This document shows, in pieces, positions 38,491-51,970 of a DNA stretch of 64,000 bases. This DNA is from Sphyrna mokarran (lineage: Eukaryota). A program made the translations under genes and the position numbers. Numbering within the stretch: the stretch's first letter is position 1; each line of letters begins with the position of its first letter. The DNA lies in contig JAGIQG010000040.1 in assembly GCA_024679065.1 (NCBI GenBank), positions 4,154,001 to 4,218,000 of the forward strand, in the 5' to 3' direction. The notes beneath the pieces were generated by a model, which saw only the letters and a program-made list of their open reading frames with translations, was not told where the DNA came from and did not search any database.

Positions 38491-40687
38491 TAAGTAAATG
38501 GGAATGTGGGAATGATAAAATATAATTTGGGGAAAAAGATTGTCCACATTGTTGGGATGAATAGAAAATTAGCATTTTATTTAAATAGAGAGGCTGCAGA
38601 ATTCCACAGTGGTCGCCTTAATGAGGGATATACTCAGCATAACCACTGTGACTGTGTCCTGTCCATGTACAGCTGCATTGTAAGGCCAGGATCATCTCTG
38701 AAGGAGTTGCCAGTTTGTCCCTTTTCCTCAGAGCCTTCAGAATTATAGAATGATGACAGCAAATAAAGAGGTCATTCAGCAAATCATGTTCACACCCACA
38801 TCAGCTTTCTGAGAGAGTGACACAGCCAGTCCCATTCCCCAGCCTCTGCCTCATTGCTCCTGACCTCTCCCTCAATCACTCCCCCTCCTTTCCCTCGGTC
38901 ACTCCCCAGCATGTCCCCCGGTCATTGCACAGCCTTTGTCTCGTAACCCTGAAAATTTTTTCTCTTCAGATAACTATCTAGTTGTGTTTTGAAATCGTCT
39001 GAACCTTCTTCCATCTCACACTGGGTCAGTGCACGCCAGGTTCTAACCACTCACTCTGTAAACAGGATTTCCTCAGGTCACCATTGCTTATTTCACAAAT
39101 TGCCTTTAATCTGTGTCCTCTGCTTCTTGACCTTTTTGCTGCTCAGAATAATTTCTTCTTATCTGCTCTGTCCAAATCCTCTTGATTCTGAATAGTTCTA
39201 TCGAATCTCCTCTTCTGTATAGAGATCAGCCCCAGCTTTGCCAGTCTACCCTCATAACTGAAGTTTCTCATCCCTGGAACCAGTCCCATTAATTTTTTCT
39301 GCATCCTCTACAGTATCGTCCTCTCCTTCCTATTGTGATCTATCCGGAATTGGCTACATTTCTCTAGTTGAGGCCAAACAATGTTTTATTCTGGTTTATC
39401 ACAAGTTCCTTGTTATTCTTGGGTATTTGGACATCAGCCTTTCTCCTATTAATATACAGCAGCCTTATGGGTTGTGGTCACACATTTGAAAGAGTTACCC
39501 ATCATCGCCACTCCCCTCTCCCCAGAGCTCTGCTAACTTTATCTTCAACTGGAGGTCCAATTCACTTCGGAAAGAGATATCTGAATTTGCTTCCATCCCC
39601 TTTCAGGCAGAACATTTCCAGAACAGAATTAATTGAGAAATGAATGCCCCCGGTGGGTTTTTCCCAGTTATTTGATGTGACATACTTAATTGTTGATCAT
39701 CTGTTAAAGACATTTCCAGAGCAGATTTAAGGGAAAATGTTCATGATATCTTAGAGAGGAACTACACGAAACACTGTTTGTTTAATACTAAGCTGATTTA
39801 TTTGATGTATTAAAATATTAACTCGTGTAATGTAGCTGGAGTTTATCAGCAACATAAGTCAGAATTAATATGATTCAATCCTAAACATGATCAACAGCAG
39901 CAACAAAAGCAGAATCCAACTCCTCAATAGACTGTCTGAGAGTGAGTGCAAACTCGATAGGCTGAACGGCCTCTTTCTGCATTGTAGGGGTTCTATGAAA
40001 AGTAAACTCGAGACTAAAATAAATAAAGATTTTTCAGCTAGTCACTGATCAGCCTTTTCCATTTTCCTGAAGTTACCTTTATAATTATTTATCTCCTAGA
40101 TTTGATCAATTAGACATTGATTGCACTGTGATAAATTATCAGTTTGATACAAATTAATAAATCATGTCTTACTTTATAGTTAGATGATGCAGTGACCAGA
40201 ACTGTGCTCAGTACTCTAGCTATGTTCTAACTTATCTTTTATCAAGTTCTAACATAATCTCCCTCCTCTTTTATTCCAGGCCTCAGACAGGAAAGTGTCC
40301 CAAATGTCTTCTTGACCATTTGATCTCATGTACAGCCATTTTCAGGAATCAGTGGATATGCACTCCAAAGTCTCTCTGTTCCTCTATAAAATTTTCAACA
40401 TCATCCCATGTATTGTTCATTCCCTTACTTTGTTTACTCTCCCAAATTCAAGCTCTCTCTCTCTCATCCAAATTGAATTCTACTTGCTATTTTTGTGTTG
40501 ACTAACCCCACCCCCGCTGCCAGTCCATTAATATCTTCCTGCTGACCACAATTATTCCTCATTGTCAACCATGTCAGCATCTTTTATATCAGACAAACTT
40601 AGTAATCATTTTCCATACAGTTAAGTCTAAATTATTACATAACAGAACACTGTGGAACATCACTGGAAACAAACATCTAGCCATCAT

Positions 40688-41205
40688 TCAGTCCTGGACG
40701 TGATTAACAGCAGCAATAACAGCAGAATCCAACCCCTGCTGTCGCCTGTGAACTTGCTGGTGTTTCAGCAGGTTGTTTGACTGAGCGAATCCCTTCCCAC
40801 ACATGGAATAGTTGAAGGTCTTTCCCCAGTGTGAACCCGTTGGTGTTTCAACAGATTCTGTTTACTTTTAAATCTTCTCACAATCAGAACATTCAAAAGG
40901 TCTCTGATCAGTGTGAACAAGTTGGTGTGTAGTCAGGTGGGATGACTGAGTGAATCTCTTATCACACAGGAGGCAACTGTAAGGTCTCTCTCCAGTGTGA
41001 ACTCGCCGGTGTATCAGAAGGTCGGATGTATCAATGAATTCCTGACAACACACAGGGCAGGTGAACAGCCTTTCCCCAGTGTGAACTCGATGGGTCCCAG
41101 AAGGTGGGCTAATCGCATGAATCCCTTCCCACAGAGAGAGCAGGTGAACGGCCTCTCCCCAATGCGTGCGTGCTGGTGTTTCAGAAGATCCTTTTTGCTT
41201 TTAAA
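40688..41205 (-). pseudogene. Truncated, frameshifted ZNF; near copy of the 3' half of the 58486 gene
   Basis: [46 protein letters not shown] vs the same in ORF 58486; frameshifts; 5' part replaced by LINE fragments. Confidence 0.88.
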
Positions 41206-41600
41206 TGTTAGGCTAACTATCCGATAATTTTTCATCTGCTGCCTCACTCCCTTCTTAAACAGCAGTGTCACATTAGCTACTTTGCAGTCTTCTGGGACCC
41301 TCCCTGTCTCCATGTGATTAACAAGTGTTCTTTATTGCAAAGGGAACAGGATGTGAAAACGGGGATGCTATACTGCAGTTGTAGAGGGTGTTGGTAGGGC
41401 CACATCTGGAATATTGTGCAGTTTTGGTCTCCTTATTTAGGATAGGAAATGGTTCACTCGACTGATTTCTGGGATGAGGGGCTGTGTCAGAAGGAAATAT
41501 TAGACAAATTGGGCTTATATCTATTGAAGTTCTGAAGAATGAGGCAATCTTATTGAAATGTTTAAGATCTTGAGGGGACTTGACAGTGTAGATGCTCAAA
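41206..41600. mobile_element. CR1-like LINE fragments in both orientations
   Basis: Minus: VPEDCKVANVTLLFKKG...NYRIVSLT; plus: ggccacatctggaatattgtgcagttttggtctcc. Confidence 0.7.
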
Positions 41601-42137
41601 AGGAACTTACGCACATTTGGGATTTTAAAATGATTCATTAGAGATAAATCCAACTCAGACATATGGAATATGTTTTGCTCTCTGTGTTCCCCCACATCTA
41701 TAAATCCCCGTCCCACAGCCTCTCCCTCCTTCATGGGCTGAAATCCAAACCAATCTCATCATTTCTTTCCTACACTCTGTTTTCTCCCTCCCTCTCTTCT
41801 GTCTAGGTTCAGTTCTCCAGACTCCTGTTTGCAGACTGACAACAAGATCAATAGATCTTAACTGGACTAGTTTTATATTCCAGATTTATTAATTGTGTTG
41901 AAATTCTGCCATTTTTGATTGTGGGATTTGAACCCATGACTCCACAGAATTAGTCTGGGCCTTTGGATTATTGTTCCAGTGGTATTATTACAACACCACT
42001 ATGTATATCTTTAGGTATGTGTATATGACATGTATATGAGACACAGATGTATGAGATATATCATATCTAAATAAACAAACTCAAATGATCAGAATGAGCA
42101 TGGTTTAGTCTGATTAACAGCAGCATTACCTCTGCAG

Positions 42138-42755
42138 TCACTTGTGAACTCGTCCATGTGTCAGCAGGTTGGATAACTGAATGAATCTCTTCCCACACTC
42201 AGAGCAACTGAATGGCCTCTCACCAGTGTGAATTCGCTGGTGTGTCATCAAGGCAGCTGACTGAGCAAATCTCTTCCCACACACAGAACAAGTGAATGGC
42301 CTTTCACCAGTGTGAACTCGCCGGTGTATCAGCAGTTGAGATGATTGAGTGAATCCATTTCCACACTGGGAGCAGGTGAACGGTCTCTCCCCAGTGTGAC
42401 CTCGGTGGTGGACGGTGAGGGCAAACAATTGCCTGAACTTCTTTCCACAGAACGTGCAACTGAATGGCTTCTCTTGTGTGTGAATTCGCTGGTGTGACTG
42501 GAGGGTGAATAACATAGTGAATCCCTTCCCACAGACAGAGCACAAGAATGGCCTCTCACCAGTGTGACTGCGTCGATGAGTTTCCAGCTCCGATGGGTAA
42601 TTGAATTCCTTCTCACATTCCCCACATTTCCATGGTTTCCCCATGCTGTGACTGCGTTTGTGTCTGGACAGGCCGGATGAATGGCTAAAGGCTCGTCCAC
42701 AAATAGAACACGAGTATAGTTTCTCGGTCGTGTGAATGGTGCTATTTGGCTCCAT
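42138..42755 (-). CDS. C2H2 zinc-finger protein, 7 fingers (start MEPNS)
   Basis: Finger repeats; first ATG at 42755. Confidence 0.88.
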   Translation of the reverse strand: MEPNSTIHTTEKLYSCSICGRAFSHSSGLSRHKRSHSMGKPWKCGECEKEFNYPSELETHRRSHTGERPFLCSVCGKGFTMLFTLQSHQRIHTQEKPFSCTFCGKKFRQLFALTVHHRGHTGERPFTCSQCGNGFTQSSQLLIHRRVHTGERPFTCSVCGKRFAQSAALMTHQRIHTGERPFSCSECGKRFIQLSNLLTHGRVHK

Positions 42756-43224
42756 GTTCAAATTCTGATGACAGTCAGGTGAGAATAGATCAAGCAATCT
42801 GTCGTATCATGAAATTAGATTTAAAATTTGACTGCAAATCTCTCCATCGAATCCTTGTGAAATGGAACAGAAAACAAGTGTGAAAGAACTGTAAATTCCT
42901 GTCAAACACTCTCCCCCCTCCCTGGGTTGAAATCCAAACCCATCTCGCCATTTCTTTCCTCCACTCCCAGTTTTCTCCCTTCTTCTCTTCTGTCTGGGTT
43001 CAGTTCTCCAGCTCCCGTCTGCAGACTGACAATAAAACCAATGGGTCTTATTAGGGGAATTGGGGCCTCCAGCGGGTGTTTGTGAATCCTCCCCGCCCAC
43101 CTCCCAGGGTTTCCTTCCTTCCTTCCCAGAGATCAGAGTCCTCATTGATTTGAGGCTAAAGCGTAAGCTCTTATTTGTTGTCCCCCTCCCCCATCCTCTG
43201 ATGTGAACCATCCTACAGTGGCTG

Positions 43225-43869
43225 AACCAGGATGGGGCCGTTAACCTGCGCCTGTTCCCGGGAGGGATGGAGAAGCCCCGCAGCTGCAAACCAGGGAGCT
43301 GACAATGATTCAAAGTGTTTCCAGACCTTCCGAACCACCGCCTAACGCTGACTCCGCTTCTCCGGGACAAACAAGCACCAAGGGACAGCAATGACATTGC
43401 GCATGATCCACATCACAATGCCCGGGGACTGGTTGACGGCAGCTCTGGACCAATAGGAAGAGGGGGCGGGGCTGGAGGTCTGATCGGGAGCGACTTGTCC
43501 TCCAACCAATCGGACTGAATGAGGGGCGGAGCAGGGGAGGGGGAATTGAGCTGCTGGTCGTCCAACCAATCGGAATGAATGAGGGGCGGAGCGGGAGGAT
43601 TGAGTGGCTGGTCCTCCAACCAATCGGAGTGAACGAGGGGCGGGGCTGGAGACCAACACTCAGAAGAAACCCGGTGAATGTGGAGCAAACGTTGCAGCAG
43701 CGGAGGGGGAGGCGCTGGAACCGGCGGCTGGATATTGGGGAGGGTCTGGAAACACTTTGTGGATCGGCAAACTCTTCAGAATCATTGTCAGCTCCCTGGT
43801 TTGTAGCTGCGGGGCTTCTTCTCCTTCCCTCCCCGGGAACAGGCCCAGGTTAACGGCCCCATCCTGGTT
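43225..43869. promoter_or_regulatory. Bidirectional CpG-island promoter cassette 1: inverted arms 43225-43331 / 43739-43869 around a CCAAT+GC-box core
   Basis: Lies between divergent ZNF genes; ccaaccaatcgg at 43502, 43562, 43616, each followed by GGGGCGG. Confidence 0.8.
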
Positions 43870-44099
43870 TGGGAGCTGAGCATGCGCAGTGCCTGGAGAC
43901 AAACGGTAAGGAGCTCGAGCGAGCGGGTTTTAAATGGAGATTTTTACAAAGACCGAACGCGAATCTAGAGCCCGAAATAAAACCGGAAACGTAGATGGAG
44001 TTGGCGGGTGGGTGGTGAGGCTTTATAAACACCCGGTGTCGGCTACAAACCCTCAATTTGTGAAAAAAGTTCCTCGGGCCTTCCAAAAGCTTCAGTCCC

Positions 44100-44200
44100 G
44101 AGTTCACATCCGCCATCTTTATCAGGGTCCACGCACTGCAAAGCGCATGCGCATCCGCCATCTTTATTGAGGGTAAATTGGAACAACGCATGCGCAGCCC
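44100..44200. promoter_or_regulatory. YY1/NRF1 motif cluster
   Basis: CCGCCATCTT at 44110 and 44155; GCGCATGCGC 44143; ACGCATGCGC ~44186. Confidence 0.55.
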
Positions 44201-44717
44201 CCGCAGTTCTAGGGGATGAAACCAAATGAATATCCCACAGGGGATTAAAAAAATCAGAGATGGAGTTTGTTATGAAATCAATGTGTTGTTGTAAAATTGG
44301 AATTTAGGGTTAAAGCCAACAACATAATACCATTAATACCATTGGGGAACAAGAGCAGAAAAGCTGTTCCTTAGAAATTAGACTTGTCAGGACTGACAAT
44401 AGTTTTGTAAACTCCTTTTACAGGATGTCTGAAGAGGAAGATTTACAGTCAGAAAAATGGAACCAAGAATTAACAGTCACTCGATTCACCAGCATCTGAA
44501 CACCATCAGCCTTTGAATTTCGAGTGTGGGAAAAGATTTCAAATATCAGTGTGACTGGAAAAGCACCAAGACACACACACACACACACACACACTCAAGA
44601 GAGAGCTTTCCAGTAAATTGACTCTGTAGCCAGATTCACAGCCTGAAAAAACATTACACCAATGAGAATCTACACATGTGTTGTGTATGTGGAGGAGACT
44701 TCAATTAATCATCCAAC

Positions 44718-45251
44718 ATGGAGAGACGTGATGATACTGATACCATAGAGAAACCGTGGATATGTGGGGACTGCGGGAAAGCATTCACTTGCCCATCTAA
44801 ACTGGAAACTCATCGACGGACCCACACTGGGGAGAGACCCTTCACCTGCCCCGTGTGTTGGAAGGAATTTACTCAATCATCCTGCCTAACATTACACCAG
44901 CGAGTTCACACTGGACAGAGACCATACACTTGCTCAGTTTGTGGGAAGGGATTTGTCCAGATGTATAACCTACAATTACACAGGAGAGTTCACACTGGGG
45001 AGAGGCCGTTCACCTGCTCCGTGTGTGGGAAGCGATTCATTAATTCGTCCAACCTTGTGACACACCAGCGAGTTCACACTGAGGAGAGGCCGTTCAGCTG
45101 CACTGACTGCGGGAAGAGCTTCAGACATTCATCCAGCCTCAAAGCACATCAGCGACTTCACACTGGGGAGAGACCATTCACCTGCTCAGAGTGTGGGAAG
45201 GGATTCACCACCTCCTCTCACCTGGTGACACACCAGCGACTTCATGAGTGA
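44718..45251 (+). CDS. C2H2 zinc-finger protein, 6 fingers
   Basis: Finger repeats; paralogue of 54318-55019 ([36 protein letters not shown]). Confidence 0.9.
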   Translation: MERRDDTDTIEKPWICGDCGKAFTCPSKLETHRRTHTGERPFTCPVCWKEFTQSSCLTLHQRVHTGQRPYTCSVCGKGFVQMYNLQLHRRVHTGERPFTCSVCGKRFINSSNLVTHQRVHTEERPFSCTDCGKSFRHSSSLKAHQRLHTGERPFTCSECGKGFTTSSHLVTHQRLHE

Positions 45252-48027
45252 GTGCAGGGAGTGGGATTCTGCTGTAGCTGCTATTAATCACATCCAGGAG
45301 TGAGCCACATTCATTCTGGCATTTGAGATTTGTTTCTGTTGATGTTACTAATCCCTCTAGCTGGACGCAGGTTAATATTCTCGATCTAGAACTGATTGTG
45401 TTTTCGAGGATGCTACTTCCTTTTAAGAACCGCTGTCTGTGATCTTTCCCCATCATTCAGGAACTCTCATCACATCCTTTACAGTGGAGAAAGAGGCCAT
45501 TCAGCTCATCAAATCGGCACTGACTCACTGAAAGAGCCTAATCCCACTGCCCTGCCATAACCCCTGTGACCTTGCACATTCTTTCTTTCAGAAAACAATC
45601 CAATTCTGTTTTGAGTACCTTGGTCAAACCTGCCTCCACTTCCCTCACAGGAAGTTTATTCCAAACTCCAGCCGCCCATTTACCCCTCTACCACGGCTAC
45701 TTTCGCAGCCAGTTATTCCTGGAGAGGGAGCATGCAGTGTCCATGGGCACAGTTGACACTTTCCGTGCCCGTTGGGAACCACGGGCTAGGGTGCATTATT
45801 GACCCTAATAATCACATTTTAATTTGATGTTTTCAAGTTTCCTGTATACTTTGGTGTGTTCCTCCTCCTTTTGGGGAGCTGCCCTTTTTACTTTGTCCTG
45901 ATTTAACTTGAGTTTGTTTATTTGGTTTGACCTTAAAAGAAGCCAACCACCCACTCGGTGAAAATAGTTTTCCTCACTTTGAGTCTTTTTTCCCCATTAA
46001 TGCAGGTGTGTGCCCTCTGTTTCTTCGTATTCTCTTGGTGGGAATATTTTATCACTATTTCACTGCCCAATTCCTCAGGATCTTGAATTCCTCTATCAAT
46101 CTCCTCTCAACCATCTTCAATCAGGCAATTAATGTTTATTTCTTCTGATATTAATAATCTCTGTATCTGGACAGAATTTAATATCCTGACGTCTGTTAAA
46201 TAAATCAGCTTTGTTTCAAACACATAGTGTGTCAAATCCTTGATTTCTTCAAGATTAATTGATGTCCTTTTTTTTCTCCTTTCTAACTCTAGATTATTTC
46301 AGACTTTCAGTTACACATTTTTTAAAACTTTATTTATTATTGTCACATGTATTAGCATACAGTGAAAAGTATTGTTTCTTATTGACAAACCCCAGCTCCC
46401 TATACCTTTCAGAATATCCCTCCCAGTCTTGAGATCTAGGGAAGTTTTCAGTATTTAAAACAGAAAATACTGGAAATTATAATCCATACTTTTCCAAATG
46501 TCAGTTGGTTGTATCTCAGATATTAGTTTTTCCCTACCACCGATGTTAAGCTGATTGTTCTGTAATTGCTGTGTTTTTGAATAGGGATATAATATTTACA
46601 TTTTCTGTCCTTTGTCACCATGATTCTATAAGGAAGATTGTGGTCAGAGCCTCCACAAGCTCCATGTGAAAGATGCTATGTAACAGAGTACAGCAGTCCC
46701 TCAATGTCAGACTGGAGTGTCAGCCTAGATAATGTGCTCAGCTTGATGAGTATTTCCTGTTATTGATGTGGATCATTCACAAACAATGGACTCTGATGAT
46801 GTCATCCAGTCCTGCTGCGATGATGTCATAGAGACTATTACATCACAGCGGAGCCTTAATGGTGAAAACAGTTTTGTTCCAGATGGGAGGTGATGGTCAA
46901 TGGTATTATCTCTAGATTATTAAACCATAAACTCAGCTAATGTTCTGAGTTTTAAATCCCACCATAGCAAGTGATGTAATTTGAACAAAGAACAAGAAAA
47001 AAGAAAATTACAGCATAGGAACAGATCCTTTGGCCCTCCAAGCCTGCACCTACCATGCCTCCTGTTTGAACTAAAAAACCCGTCTGGGGACCAGATCCCT
47101 CTATTCCCATCTTATTCATGCATTTGTCCAGGCACCCCTTAAGTCACTATTGTATCTGCTTCCACTACCTCCTTAGCAGTGAGTTTCAGGCATCTACTAC
47201 CCTCCGCATAAAAAAAACTTGCCTCATGCATCTAATTCAATAAAAACAACTGAATTCAATGAAAAAAAAATCAGAATTAAGAATCTACTGCTGACCATGA
47301 AACCATTGTCAATTGTCAGAAAAAAATCATTTGGTTCAGTTAAGTAAAAAATAGCGTTTATTTATTAGTCACAAGTAGGCTTACATTAACAGTGCAGTGA
47401 GGATACTGTGAAATTGCCCTGGCCGCCACAATCCAGCATTTGTTTGAGTCAATGCATCTATCCAGCATGTCTTTCAGATTGTGGGAGGAAACTTGAGTAC
47501 TTGGAGAGGTACTCAAGAGAGTACCATGATCTCTATGCAGAGATCATGCAAACTCCACACAGGCAGTGACCCAAGCCGGCAATCGAACCCCTGGCGCCAT
47601 GAGGCAACGGTGCTAACCACTGTGACACCCCATGAATGTCCTTTTGGGGAAGGAAATCTGCTCTCCTTACCTATCAGGCCTACATGTGACTCCAGAGCCA
47701 TAGCAATGTGATTGACTGTCAACTCCCCTCTGAAATGGCCTAGTAAGCCACACAGTTCAATGGCAAATAGGGATGGGCAATAAATGCTGGCTGTGCAATG
47801 ACTCCCACGTTCCACAAATGCATAAAAAAATCCCCACTGTTTAAATTCACATAGTCATTCTGTCTCCTTTTGAAACTACCACTCAATTCACCAGTTTAAA
47901 AAAAAATCAGAATTTAACCACAGAAATTATTTTATTTTCTCAGATTTTCTTGACATATCAATAGAAATGGGCATCAATGAACATAATTCATTCCTGGATG
48001 TGATTTATAGTAAAATCCAGTCACTGA

Positions 48028-48291
48028 TTATTTGCGAACTTGCTGATGACTCATCAGGCTGGATGAGCTAGTGAATCTTTTCCCACACACGAAGCAGATG
48101 AATGGTCCCACCCCAGTTTGAATTCGCTGGTGTCTCTGCAAGATGGGTGACCGAGTAAATCCTTTCTCACACTGCAAACAAATGAATGGATTCTCCCCAG
48201 TGTGAATCAGCTGGTGTGCATGCAGTTGACATAATTGTCTAAACCCAGTCCTGCAGTGAGAGCAGCTGAATGGTCTCTCATTGGGATGCAA
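48028..48291 (-). pseudogene. Orphan three-finger fragment just 3' of the 14-finger gene, no ATG
   Basis: CSHC/CLQC/CFVC fingers, two with a lost terminal His; different frame from the upstream gene. Confidence 0.7.
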
Positions 48292-48329
48292 TTAACAGTA
48301 GCAATAACAGCAGAATCACATTCCTGTGA

Positions 48330-49535
48330 TCACTGGTGAATTCGCTGGTGTCTCACCAAGTTGTGTAACTGGGTGAATCTCTTTCCACACATTGAACAAG
48401 TGAACGGCTTCTCCCCACTGTGAACTTGTTGGTGCCTCAGCAGAATGGATGACCGGGTGAATCCTTTCCCACACTCAGTGCAGGTGAACGGTCTCTCCCC
48501 AGAGTGATTTCGCTGGTGTGCGAGCAGAAGTTTTCTGCTTTTAAACCTCTTCTCACAGTCAGAACATTTGAATGGTCTTTCATTTGTGTGAACAAGTTGG
48601 TGTGAAGTGAGAGAGGATAAACAAGTGAATCCCTTCCTGCACACAGGGCAGGTGAACGGCCTCTCCCCAGTGTGAATTCGCTGGTGTACAGTGAGGTCCC
48701 CTGATCGCCTGAAGCCAGTCCCACAGTGAGAACACGTGAATGGCCTCTCATCAGAGTGAACACGCCGATGGTGACGCAGTTCCTCTGAACTTTTATAGCC
48801 CTTGCCGCAGTTTGGGCATTTAAACAGTCTCTCTTCAGTGTGAACACGTTGGTGTTTCTGCAGGTTGGATGATCGGTTAAATCCCTTCCCACATTCAGAG
48901 CAGGTGAACGGCCTCTCTCCAGTGTGAATGCGCTCATGTGCCACAAGGTGAAACGATGTCCTGAACCCCTTCTGGCAGTGGGAGCAGCTGAACGGTGTGG
49001 AACCAGTGTGAATGTACTGATGCTCCCGCAGTGTGCGTGGAGTTTTAAAACTCTTTCCACACTCAGAGCATTTAAATTCTCGCTTGTCGGTGTGAACACG
49101 CTGGTGTCTCTGCAGGGCAGAGAAATCTGTGAATCCCTTCCCACACATGGAGCAGGCGAATGGCCTCTCCCCTGTGTGAACATGCCGATGTATCAGCAGG
49201 GCTGATGACTGAGTAAATCCTTTTCCACATTCAGAGCAGGTGAACTGCTTCTCCCTGCTGTGAATGCGCTGGTGTATCAACAGACCAGCTGACTGTGTGA
49301 AACCCTTCCCACACACAGGGCAGCTAAAAGGTCTCTCTCCAGTGTGAATGCGTCGGTGACTTTCCAGGTCAACTGGGTAATTGAATCCCTTCCCACAGTC
49401 TCCACATTTGTACGGTCTCTCCCTGATGTGACTGCGCTTGTGTCTTGACAGGCCAGATGATCGTTTGAAGCCTTTTCCACACACAGAACATGTGTACAGT
49501 TCCGCCCCACTGTAAACGGTGCTTTTTTCTTCCAT
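48330..49535 (-). CDS. C2H2 zinc-finger protein, 14 fingers (likely start MEEKS; ORF 5' of ~49642 is probably intron)
   Basis: Finger repeats; acceptor tcatttttcag on minus at ~49642. Confidence 0.9.
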   Translation of the reverse strand: MEEKSTVYSGAELYTCSVCGKGFKRSSGLSRHKRSHIRERPYKCGDCGKGFNYPVDLESHRRIHTGERPFSCPVCGKGFTQSAGLLIHQRIHSREKQFTCSECGKGFTQSSALLIHRHVHTGERPFACSMCGKGFTDFSALQRHQRVHTDKREFKCSECGKSFKTPRTLREHQYIHTGSTPFSCSHCQKGFRTSFHLVAHERIHTGERPFTCSECGKGFNRSSNLQKHQRVHTEERLFKCPNCGKGYKSSEELRHHRRVHSDERPFTCSHCGTGFRRSGDLTVHQRIHTGERPFTCPVCRKGFTCLSSLTSHQLVHTNERPFKCSDCEKRFKSRKLLLAHQRNHSGERPFTCTECGKGFTRSSILLRHQQVHSGEKPFTCSMCGKRFTQLHNLVRHQRIHQ

Positions 49536-50939
49536 GTTCAAAGGCCGATGATATTTAGATCCTGACGAATCGAGGCACTCTATAAGATTTTGATGTGATC
49601 CTTGATTCACAATCGTCTGTAATTCCTCACCTTCTAATCCCCTGAAAAATGATGTGAAAACAGAAAGAAGGAACCATGAGAGACAAGCTATAAACACACA
49701 GAGGCAAGATGTGAAATTAAGTTGTATGAATCTGATAAATTATGGGATTGGGAATGAGAAAAGGGTTATGAAAACTGCTGGATTGTCATAAAGCTTCAAA
49801 CTGTTCACCAGTGCACTGAGGGAAAGGAACCCTTCATCTCTTCAGAGCCCACAATAAGAATCCAGCCTTTATGCGTGAAGAGGGAGAGGTCAGAGAGAAA
49901 GGTAACGGAAAGAGATTTTATACATCAGCAACTCAACCAGGATTTTGGCAGAATCTCCCAAACGCACGGTCTTTCCCACCTGGAAGTACCACAGCAGCTG
50001 GGACATGGGAAAATCACGCAACTCCTTGACTTGGACAAATATCACTGTCCCTTCAATGTGACTGGGTTAAAATCCTAATACAGTTGCATTGTGGAAGCGC
50101 CTTTACTACATGGACTGCAGGGGTTTAAGAAAAAGGCCAACTATCACAATCACAAAGGACAACTGGTGATTGGTAACATATCACTGTCAGTGCAGAATAG
50201 TAGTTCAGCTTAGTAATCTGGGCCTTGTGAGTAACATCCTCATCCTAAGAAGTTTTATTTTTTGCAAATCTATATGAAACCTGCAATAAGAGAAAACCCA
50301 TGACCACTACAATCTAAAAGGACAAAGACAGTGGACAGGTGGGAAAACCACCATTTGGAAGTCCTCCTCCAAGCCACTCACTACCCTGATTTGGAAATGT
50401 GTTGCCATTCTTTCAATGTCATTGAATCAAAATCCTGGAATTCCCTCCCTAGCAGCATTGTGGGTGTACCAACCACATGGACTGCAGCGATACAAGAAGG
50501 CAGTTCACAAACACCTTTTCAAGGACAATCAGGGATGGGAAGTAAGTGCTGGTCTAATCCAATGACACCCATCTCCATTGAATGATTTTGAGAAATGACC
50601 TGGAATGTCAGTGAGAACACAATTCTGATCATTACTAAGTGAAATACTTCACTCAGTCACATCACTTTCTGAGTTTACTTTTGACTGGAGCTCTTGAATT
50701 CCGCTGTTAATTGCTGCTGCTTTTGGAACACATTTGGGCATTTTGCAATTCTCCACTCTATTCCCATTCCCCTTCTTTCTGATGGGTAATGAAGGATCTG
50801 TGCACATAGATTTCCGTATAACTTGGTTCCTCCTTTAATTAATTTATAGAACCCGCCCCCGTTCCCCAATCTACACACAACCGTGAAAACATAACGAGCT
50901 CCTAATAATGACTTTCAATGGCAGAGTCCTGACCCAGCA

Positions 50940-51330
50940 TTCCCCGCGGTGCTGAATGTCTCCTATTCACACCAGCGGCCGGCACTGCACAGGCGCACTA
51001 ATCCCCTATTGGAGCATGCGCACTGTCAGTAATGGCGATAGTAATGGCTCTGTTTTTGCCTCTTTGCAGCTGGGAAGGGAGAGAAAATTCTGAGGGAGCG
51101 GGCTCTGGATAAGGAGAGTTTCTAAATACCTGGCGAGTGCCCCAAACCGCGATTGAGACTCTCCCGTGTTTGCAGCTCCGGATCTTTTCCTCTCCGAGGC
51201 CCAAGACCAGACTGACGGCTACCATCTTTGTTCAACGAGAAGCGCATGCGCGGGGTACTCGACGCAACAATACGGAGGGGCGGGGCTAAGATTATTCTCT
51301 TCCCACCGGGTCCTAGTGTCCGGTACAGTC
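50940..51330. promoter_or_regulatory. CpG-rich promoter paralogous to 33990-34335
   Basis: gcatgcgcactgtcag; ccatctttgttca; GCGCATGCGC 51242; ggggcggggcta, in the same order as at 34 kb. Confidence 0.65.
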
Positions 51331-51739
51331 ACCAGTTAATTCGATTTTTCAACATTTCCTCCCAGTTTCAGGCTGCAGCTGATGTTTTGCAAGGTTGATA
51401 ATCTACCTCAACTCCACCTCCCCATATTGCTCAGTTTCTCTTTGTACCCAAATATTTATCAATCTTTATCTTAATTACATTCAATGGTCGAGCATCCACT
51501 GCACCCTGAGAAAGAAAATTCCAGACATTCACAACTGAATGAAGAACTTTCTCCTCATTTTAATCTAAACAGTTGACTCCTTATTCGGAAATTGTGACCC
51601 CTTATTCCAGATTCTCCAGTCAATGGAAATATTTTCACACCATCTAACCTCTCAGGCCCACGAAAAACCATGTAGTCTAATTAGATCACAGCTCATTTTT
51701 CTCACCACCATTAATTTGATTCTAGTCTAATTTCATAGA

Positions 51740-51970
51740 TAAAAGCAAAGTACTGCAGATGCTGGAATCAGAAACAAAAATAGAAAATGCTGGAAAATCT
51801 CAGCAGATCTGACAGCATCTGTGGGGAAAGAATAGAACCAACATGTCGAGTCTGGATGGCTGTCCATCAAAACTCAGAAAGGGTCATCCAGATTTGAAAT
51901 GTTGGCTCTATTCTCTCTCCACAGATGCTATCAGACCTGCTGAGATTTTCCAGCATTTTCTGTTTTTTTT
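51740..51970. mobile_element. Fold-back element with ~85-bp imperfect inverted arms (possibly Penelope-like termini)
   Basis: agaaaatgctggaaaatctcagcag.tctga.agcatctgtgg vs ccacagatgctatcagacctgctgagattttccagcattttct; class assignment uncertain. Confidence 0.65.

Noticed and set aside
42807-44225. Multiple overlapping ORFs across the promoter cassettes (also 56329-57269)
   Set aside because: GC-rich, stop-poor sequence with no domain; frames not conserved between copies
45790-45945. Direct repeat with 53393-53555 as a second inversion
   Set aside because: No flanking homology or inverted arms seen; more likely a dispersed repeat
48437-49183. Alternative-frame ORFs inside ZNF genes (TLGRGRS repeats)
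   Set aside because: Shadow frames of the repetitive finger codons
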